Below, piece by piece: positions 58,884 through 64,000 of a stretch of DNA of 64,000 nucleotides. The notes beneath the pieces are model-generated. The model saw only the letters and a program-made list of their open reading frames with translations. It did no database searches and was not told the origin of the DNA. How positions within the stretch are numbered: position 1 is the first letter of the stretch; each line of letters starts with the position of its first letter. Position numbers and translations under genes: made by a program. The DNA lies in contig CAWHDZ010000038.1 of NCBI GenBank assembly GCA_963828255.1, positions 37,207 to 101,206 on the forward strand, read 5' to 3'. The DNA comes from an uncultured delta proteobacterium. GTDB lineage: Bacteria > Myxococcota > Myxococcia > Myxococcales > Anaeromyxobacteraceae.

Positions 58884-58916
58884 CAGGGCCGGTCCCGGGA
58901 GGGGCCGGCCCTGTTT
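58884..58916 (+). terminator. intrinsic terminator
   Basis: CAGGGCCGGTCCC-GGGA-GGGGCCGGCCCTG followed by TTT. Confidence 0.65.
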
Positions 58917-58920
58917 GCTA

Positions 58921-59244
58921 TCAGTGTGTTAGACGCCAGAGCATCGCGAGCACGCGGTCGCAGAGGGCAAGGGACCGACCGGTGGCCGACGCCGGCAAGT
59001 ACCCGAACGCCTCCGCCACGCGCAGGCAGGCCACCACCTCGTCCGCGCTTCCCGCGGCGACTCGAAACAGGTGGAGGCGATCCTTCCCGTTGCGACGGCC
59101 GCCTTCGTTGACGTTCAGCGGAACGGAGGCGGCGGCGCGCCGCAGTTGCCTCGCGAGGTCCGGGTCTCGCCGGTTGAGATTCGCGAGGGGCTCCTCGAGC
59201 GACCGTACGATCTCGAGCGCGACCTCGAACGCTTGAAACGTCAT
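58921..59244 (-). CDS. four-helix bundle protein (23S rRNA-IVS/bAvd-like family)
   Basis: ATG 59244 after [24 protein letters not shown]...F.VA.GS..E...L.VA...GY. Confidence 0.85.
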   Translation of the reverse strand: MTFQAFEVALEIVRSLEEPLANLNRRDPDLARQLRRAAASVPLNVNEGGRRNGKDRLHLFRVAAGSADEVVACLRVAEAFGYLPASATGRSLALCDRVLAMLWRLTH

Positions 59245-59251
59245 CTGCGGC

Positions 59252-59375
59252 TCCTTTCGGGTGGGGGTTGCCCCATCCGGCGCAGGACCCGTGACAGCCC
59301 GACGCGGGATCCACCCGCCAAGGACCGCGGGCTGGCGCGGGGCGTGCGCCACCGAGGCAACCCCACCCGAAAGGA
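59252..59375. repeat. ~20-bp inverted repeat enclosing ~83 bp
   Basis: TCCTTTCGGGTGGGGGTTGCC (59252-59272) and GGCAACCCCACCCGAAAGGA (59356-59375). Confidence 0.9.
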
Positions 59376-59377
59376 CC

Positions 59378-59557
59378 GAGTCGGAGTCGGAGTCGGAGTC
59401 GGAGTCGGAGTCGGAGTCGGAGTCGGAGTCGGAGTCGGAGTCGGAGTCGGAGTCGGAGTCGGAGTCGGAGTCGGAGTCGGAGTCGGAGTCGGAGTCGGAG
59501 TCGGAGTCGGAGTCGGAGTCGGAGTCGGAGTCGGAGTCGGAGTCGGAGTCGGAGTCG
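59378..59557. repeat. perfect hexamer tandem array (GAGTCG)30
   Basis: 180 bp of uninterrupted GAGTCG. Confidence 0.97.
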
Positions 59558-59573
59558 GACATCGAGGCCGTTT

Positions 59574-59653
59574 CCGAAACCGAATCCGTGACCGATCCCG
59601 AAGCCGATCCCGAACCCGAACCCGATCCCGAGGACCGAGGACCGATCCCGAAC
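59574..59653. repeat. degenerate hexamer array (CCGANN)n, inverted relative to the GAGTCG array
   Basis: CCGAAA CCGAAT CCGTGA CCGATC CCGAAG CCGATC CCGAAC CCGAAC CCGATC... Confidence 0.8.
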
Positions 59654-60760
59654 CTACCCCCCCATCACCGCGTCCACCGTCTCCCTGAGATACCTCGCCG
59701 CCACCCCGAGCGTCCGCTCCGCCCCACCCGCCGTCCGCGCGATCGGCGGCGCGACCTCCATCACATCCCCGCCAACCAGCCCCACCTCGCGCCCCAGCCT
59801 CCGCACCAGTTCCACCACGAACTCCGGCTCGAGCCCGCCCCTCTCCGGCGTCCCGGTGGCGTCCACCCAGGCCTCATCCGTCCCGTCCACGTCGTTCGAG
59901 AAGTAGACCCCCCGCACCCCGGAGGCCCTCACCGCGGCCACGACCGCGTCGATCGCCCCGGCAGGATCGGCCCGGACCTCCTCCGCCCAAACCTGCCGCA
60001 CCCCCAGCGTGGACTCCCAGTGCGCCTTCCCGTGGCGAGACACCCGGATCCCCACCTGCACCATCCGGCCCCCCCGCCCCAGGAGCTCGTTGGCGTGGAA
60101 CGACCAGGTGCCGAAGCAGTACTTCACCCCCAGTCTCTCCTCGAGAAGGTCGGTATGGGCGTCCACCTGCACCACCCCGAACCCGGGCCGGGCGCGGTGG
60201 AGCGCCGCCACGGCGGGCCAGGCGGTGGAGTGGTCGCCGCCGAGCAGCAACGGCGCCGCCCGCGGGTTCACCGAGAAGACCAGGTCGAGCACCCGCTCGG
60301 CGATGGAGAGCGGCGAGACCGGCAGCCGCGCCGCCGCCTCCGACGACAGGTCCGGGTAGAGTGCGCGGCGGGAGGCCGAGAGCTGCGCCGGCGCGAGCAT
60401 CTCGTCGTGCAGCAGCTGCGGGACCACGAAGACGTCGCCCAGGTCGAGGAGCCCGGCAGCCTCCGTGCGCTCGAGCCAGGCCGGATCGTCCTCGAGGAGC
60501 CTCGTGCGCAGGGCCAGCGGTCCCTGGTTCGCGCCGCGCAGGTAGCCCGCTCCAACGTCGGAGGGGACTCCGAGCAGGACGGCCCGCGCCGTGGGGATGC
60601 GGGAGAGCCGCTCCAGGAATCGGGTCCGGACCTCCTCGTCGGTGGAGGCCCGGTGGAGGCGCCGCTGGGCCGCGGCCTGGACGTCGCGCCCGGAGGAGAC
60701 GAGGTGCACGCCCCCCCCGGCGGGGCGGAGCAGCAGGGCGAGCTCCTCGACCGCCGTCAT
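59654..60760 (-). CDS. arginase/agmatinase (ureohydrolase) family protein
   Basis: GGDHS, DAHTD, QVGIR, SNDVDG.D, TGTP..GG, D.MEV.P. Confidence 0.88.
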   Translation of the reverse strand: MTAVEELALLLRPAGGGVHLVSSGRDVQAAAQRRLHRASTDEEVRTRFLERLSRIPTARAVLLGVPSDVGAGYLRGANQGPLALRTRLLEDDPAWLERTEAAGLLDLGDVFVVPQLLHDEMLAPAQLSASRRALYPDLSSEAAARLPVSPLSIAERVLDLVFSVNPRAAPLLLGGDHSTAWPAVAALHRARPGFGVVQVDAHTDLLEERLGVKYCFGTWSFHANELLGRGGRMVQVGIRVSRHGKAHWESTLGVRQVWAEEVRADPAGAIDAVVAAVRASGVRGVYFSNDVDGTDEAWVDATGTPERGGLEPEFVVELVRRLGREVGLVGGDVMEVAPPIARTAGGAERTLGVAARYLRETVDAVMGG

Positions 60761-60775
60761 GCGCCGTCTCCCGGC

Positions 60776-62332
60776 TCAGCGGCGCGGCGGACGCGCCTCT
60801 TCCTGGGCGCGCGCGCGGACCAGCTCGACCAGCGTGCGGACGCCCACCCCGGTGCCACCCTTGCCGATGTAGCCCCGCTCCTTGGTGGTGCTGGACGGGC
60901 CGGCGATGTCGAGGTGCACCCAGGGTGTATCCCCGGCGAACTCCTTCAGGAACCAGGCGGCGCTGATGGAGCCGCCCAGGCGGGTGCCGGCGTTCTTGAG
61001 GTCGGCCACGTCGCTCTTCAGCTCCTCCTTCACCGAGTCCACCAGCGGCAGCCGCCAGGTGTCCTCGCCGGCGGTGCGGGCGGCGGCCAGCACCGCGTCC
61101 ATGGCCGGGCCGTCCGGCCCGAAGGCTCCCACCGTGGTCATCCCCAGCGCCACGATGCAGGCGCCGGTGAGGGTGGCGAGATCCACGAGCAGCGCCGGCT
61201 GGAGCGTCTCCACCCCCCAGGCCAGCACGTCGCCCAGCACCAGCCGCCCCTCGGCGTCGGTGTTGGTGATCTCGACCGTCTTGCCGTTCCTCGCGATGAG
61301 GATGTCGGAGGGCTTGTAGGCGCGCCCGCCCGGCATGTTCTCGCAGGCCCCCACCAGCGCGTGGACAGGGAAGGGCGGCGCGAGCTCGGCCACCACCCGC
61401 ATGGCCGCGATGGCGGCGGCGGCGCCGGCCATGTCGGTCTTCATGTCCACCATGCCCTCGGTGGGCTTGAGCGACAGGCCGCCGGAGTCGAAGGTGATGG
61501 CCTTGCCCACGATCACCACCGGGGGCTTGCGGCCCGCGGCGCCCTTGGGGGCATAGGAGATCTTCACCAGACGCGGCTCCTCGGCGGACCCGCGGGTCAC
61601 TCCCAGGAACATTCCCATGCGGAGACCGGCGATCTCGCGGGGGCCGAGAACCTCGACGTGCAGCCCCGCCTCCTTGGCCAGCTCCCGCGCCGCGTCGGCG
61701 AGCCGGGTGGGGGTGAGGTGGAGCGGCGGCTCGTTCACCCGGTCGCGCGCCCAGGCGACCGACCCGGCCACGCTGCGCCCCAGCGCCACCGCCTCCTTCA
61801 CCTCCCGTGAACGCTCCAGCCCCTGCGGTACGGCGACCACCAGCGCCTCGAGCAGCCGCGGCTTCTTCTTCTTCTCCTCGGTCTTGTACCGGTCGAAGCG
61901 GTAGGCGCCGAGCAGCGCGCCCTCCACCACGGCGCGTGCCTCCTGGGCGGTCTGGCCCGGCAGGCGGGTGACGGCGAAGGCGAGACGCCGGGCGCCCCCC
62001 TTCTGCGCGAGACGGGCCGCGTCGCCGGCCGCAAGGCGGAGCGGCTCGAAGCCGGTGCGCGCGAGCGCGGCCTCGGCGCCGTCACGCTTGCCGATCCCGA
62101 GCAGGAGCAGCCGGCCGGCGCGCAGCTTCCCCAGGGTGCGCAGCGCCAGGGTCTGGCCGGCCTTGCCCAGGAACTCCTCGTCGGCCGCGGCGGTGGCGAG
62201 GTGTCCGTCGAGACGGCGGTCGATCTCGGCGAAGAGCCCCTTCGGATCGGCCGGGTCTCCCTCGAACACGGGGATCGCCAGGACCGAAGCGTCCACCTCG
62301 AGCGGGCCAGTTCCCGTCACCTCGATCTTCAT
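60776..62332 (-). CDS. pepA: leucyl aminopeptidase (M17)
   Basis: VGKAITFDSGG, MKTDMAGAA, NTDAEGRL, DLATLTGA, WVHLDIAG. Confidence 0.95.
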   Translation of the reverse strand: MKIEVTGTGPLEVDASVLAIPVFEGDPADPKGLFAEIDRRLDGHLATAAADEEFLGKAGQTLALRTLGKLRAGRLLLLGIGKRDGAEAALARTGFEPLRLAAGDAARLAQKGGARRLAFAVTRLPGQTAQEARAVVEGALLGAYRFDRYKTEEKKKKPRLLEALVVAVPQGLERSREVKEAVALGRSVAGSVAWARDRVNEPPLHLTPTRLADAARELAKEAGLHVEVLGPREIAGLRMGMFLGVTRGSAEEPRLVKISYAPKGAAGRKPPVVIVGKAITFDSGGLSLKPTEGMVDMKTDMAGAAAAIAAMRVVAELAPPFPVHALVGACENMPGGRAYKPSDILIARNGKTVEITNTDAEGRLVLGDVLAWGVETLQPALLVDLATLTGACIVALGMTTVGAFGPDGPAMDAVLAAARTAGEDTWRLPLVDSVKEELKSDVADLKNAGTRLGGSISAAWFLKEFAGDTPWVHLDIAGPSSTTKERGYIGKGGTGVGVRTLVELVRARAQEEARPPRR

Positions 62333-62393
62333 CCGTACCTCCCGGTTGGGCGCCGCCGCGAAGGCGGCGGAAAGCGCGAAATGGATAACACGA

Positions 62394-63536
62394 TCAAGGC
62401 GCCGGCGCCGTTGGCGCCGCTCCGGTCGGCTGCGGCCGGGTGTGCAGGTAGGCCGCCGCCCCGGCCAGGCCGAGCGCCAGCACCAGCGCCGCCGCGGCGA
62501 GCAGGAGCAGGGACCGGCCCTTGCCGGCCGTCGACCCGGCCAGGTGAGGCGACGGCAGGGGCTGCGCGACGGTGACCTCGCCCGGGGCGCGGAAGGCGGG
62601 GCGGGGCATGGGGGTCAGGTTCGAGACCGCTCCGCCCATCGCCCGGATGAGCTCCAGGGCCAGCGCCGACGCCGAGGCGGGCCGGTCCGCGGGGTCCTTG
62701 GCGCAGGCGCGGGCCACGACGGCGACGAGGTCCGGGGGAACGCCCAGGTCAGGGCGCACCGAGGTGATGGAGGGGACCGGCTCCCGGGCCTGCATCCGGA
62801 TGAGCGCGTCGGCCGAATCCGCCGCGAAGGGCGGCCGGCCCACGAGCATGCGCCAGGCCATGACGCCGATCGAGTAGACGTCGGAGCGTGCGTCGGCCGC
62901 CTTCCCGAAGGCCTGCTCGGGGGAGAGGTACTCCGGCGTGCCCACCACGAGGCCTGTGTCCCCGCCCTCGCCGTGCGCTCCGGCGGCCACCCCGAAGTCG
63001 AGGATCTTCACGACTGGTGCGTCTGCACGGCGCCCGTGGAGGAAGATGTTCTCCGGCTTCAGGTCCCGGTGGACGACGCCCTGCCGGTGGGCCTCCTCCA
63101 GGCCATTGCAGACCTGGATCAGGACGGCGACGACCTCGGCCGGCGGCAGGGTTCCCATGCGCCGCAGCCGGTCGAAGAGCCCCTCGCCCTCGAGCAGTTC
63201 CATGGCGATGAAGCAGGAGCCGTCCTCGCCCCCGTGGTCGAGGATGCGCACCACGTTCGCGTGGTCGATCATCCCGGCGATGGCTCCCTCGCAGAGGAAG
63301 CGGCGGACCGCCTCGGGGGAGCCGGCCAGGTGAGGCTGGAGCAGCTTGAGCGCCACCTCGCGCCGGTGGCGCGTGTCCTCGGCGACGTAGACGGCGGACA
63401 TCCCGCCCGAGGCGAGGTGGCCGGAGAGCCGGTAGCGGCCCGCCACCACCGTCCCCAGCAGCGACTCGGGCTGGAACGGAGCCATCCCTTCGAGGCTCAC
63501 ATCCACTCCCGATAGGCTCACCGACCCGTTCGGCAT
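62394..63536 (-). CDS. membrane-anchored Ser/Thr protein kinase (start uncertain)
   Basis: VALK, HRDLKPEN, DFG, GTPEYLSPEQ, SDVYSIG; C-terminal TM. Confidence 0.92.
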   Translation of the reverse strand: MPNGSVSLSGVDVSLEGMAPFQPESLLGTVVAGRYRLSGHLASGGMSAVYVAEDTRHRREVALKLLQPHLAGSPEAVRRFLCEGAIAGMIDHANVVRILDHGGEDGSCFIAMELLEGEGLFDRLRRMGTLPPAEVVAVLIQVCNGLEEAHRQGVVHRDLKPENIFLHGRRADAPVVKILDFGVAAGAHGEGGDTGLVVGTPEYLSPEQAFGKAADARSDVYSIGVMAWRMLVGRPPFAADSADALIRMQAREPVPSITSVRPDLGVPPDLVAVVARACAKDPADRPASASALALELIRAMGGAVSNLTPMPRPAFRAPGEVTVAQPLPSPHLAGSTAGKGRSLLLLAAAALVLALGLAGAAAYLHTRPQPTGAAPTAPAP

Positions 63537-63577
63537 TGGGGGCCGAGCCTACCACCCCTGGCGAGGGAGCCGCGCCC

Positions 63578-63952
63578 CTACCGCCCCGCGCCCGCCGGGC
63601 GCTTCCCGTGGGTTACCGTGATCACGGTCCCGATGCCGCCGCGGACCAGGAAGTCGCCCTCGACCTCGAGCCAGCGGGGCTTCAGGGCGCCGACCAGGTC
63701 GTCGCAGATCTCGTTGGTGACCCGCTCGTGGAAGGCCCCCTCGTTCCGGTAGCTCCAGAGGTAGAGCTTCAGGCTCTTCAGCTCCACGCAGAGCTTGTCC
63801 GGGACGTAGCGGATCTTGATGGTGGCGAAGTCGGGCTGCCCGGTGAGCGGGCAGAGGCAGGTGAACTCCGGCGCCTCCATCCTGATCTCGTACGGGCGGC
63901 GGGGCTCCGGGTTGGGGAAGACCTCGAGCGTTCGGCTGGGTTTCGTCGCCAT
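63578..63952 (-). CDS. queF: preQ0 reductase (unimodular QueF)
   Basis: [31 protein letters not shown]. Confidence 0.95.
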   Translation of the reverse strand: MATKPSRTLEVFPNPEPRRPYEIRMEAPEFTCLCPLTGQPDFATIKIRYVPDKLCVELKSLKLYLWSYRNEGAFHERVTNEICDDLVGALKPRWLEVEGDFLVRGGIGTVITVTHGKRPAGAGR

Positions 63953-64000
63953 GGCGGGGGAATCTAGCACCCGGAGGTGCGCGGCGCCCGCGAGGTCAGC

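Noticed and set aside
58921..59244. Diversity-generating retroelement or 23S rRNA intervening sequence
   Set aside because: No reverse transcriptase, TR/VR pair or rRNA in the window.
59378..59653. CRISPR array or Ser-Asp/Glu-Ser repeat protein
   Set aside because: No spacers and no cas genes; zero synonymous variation and a good RBS at the downstream ATG 59244 argue the array is non-coding.

Overview
Very GC-rich bacterial chromosomal segment. Gene content and order (Oar-type TonB-dependent receptor with a tonB-exbB-exbD-exbD locus, eukaryotic-like Ser/Thr kinase, DnaJ/TPR protein, HNH protein) point to Myxococcota, most likely Anaeromyxobacter-like (inference). About 60 genes are present, mostly housekeeping: translation and RNA modification (prmA, rsmE, RluA family, rpsB, tsf, pyrH, frr, RsmB family, tgt-MnmD fusion, gluQ, miaE, queF, SUI1), central metabolism (acyl-CoA carboxylase subunits, methylmalonyl-CoA mutase, 2-oxoacid:ferredoxin oxidoreductase, PFK, tkt, malQ, nadE) and repair (mutM, rnhB). 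At least four genes, and probably a fifth, are broken by single-base indels, mostly in G runs, which looks like long-read error. The most unusual signals are: (1) three ~230-bp non-coding fold-back elements (41729-41972, 42036-42268, 44717-44948), each starting immediately after a TGA stop codon and showing compensatory base changes in shared helices; (2) a four-helix-bundle gene whose ribosome-binding site lies in a ~20-bp inverted repeat, next to a perfect (GAGTCG)30 array and an inverted degenerate hexamer array; (3) an HNH gene with a hairpin-rich leader; (4) a biotin carrier lacking its biotin-accepting Lys plus a carboxyltransferase with altered biotin-site motifs; (5) a Ycf46-type AAA+/DUF1257/DUF2997/radical-SAM module. 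No rRNA, tRNA, CRISPR array or transposase was recognised. All calls come from motif reading by eye; no searches were run.
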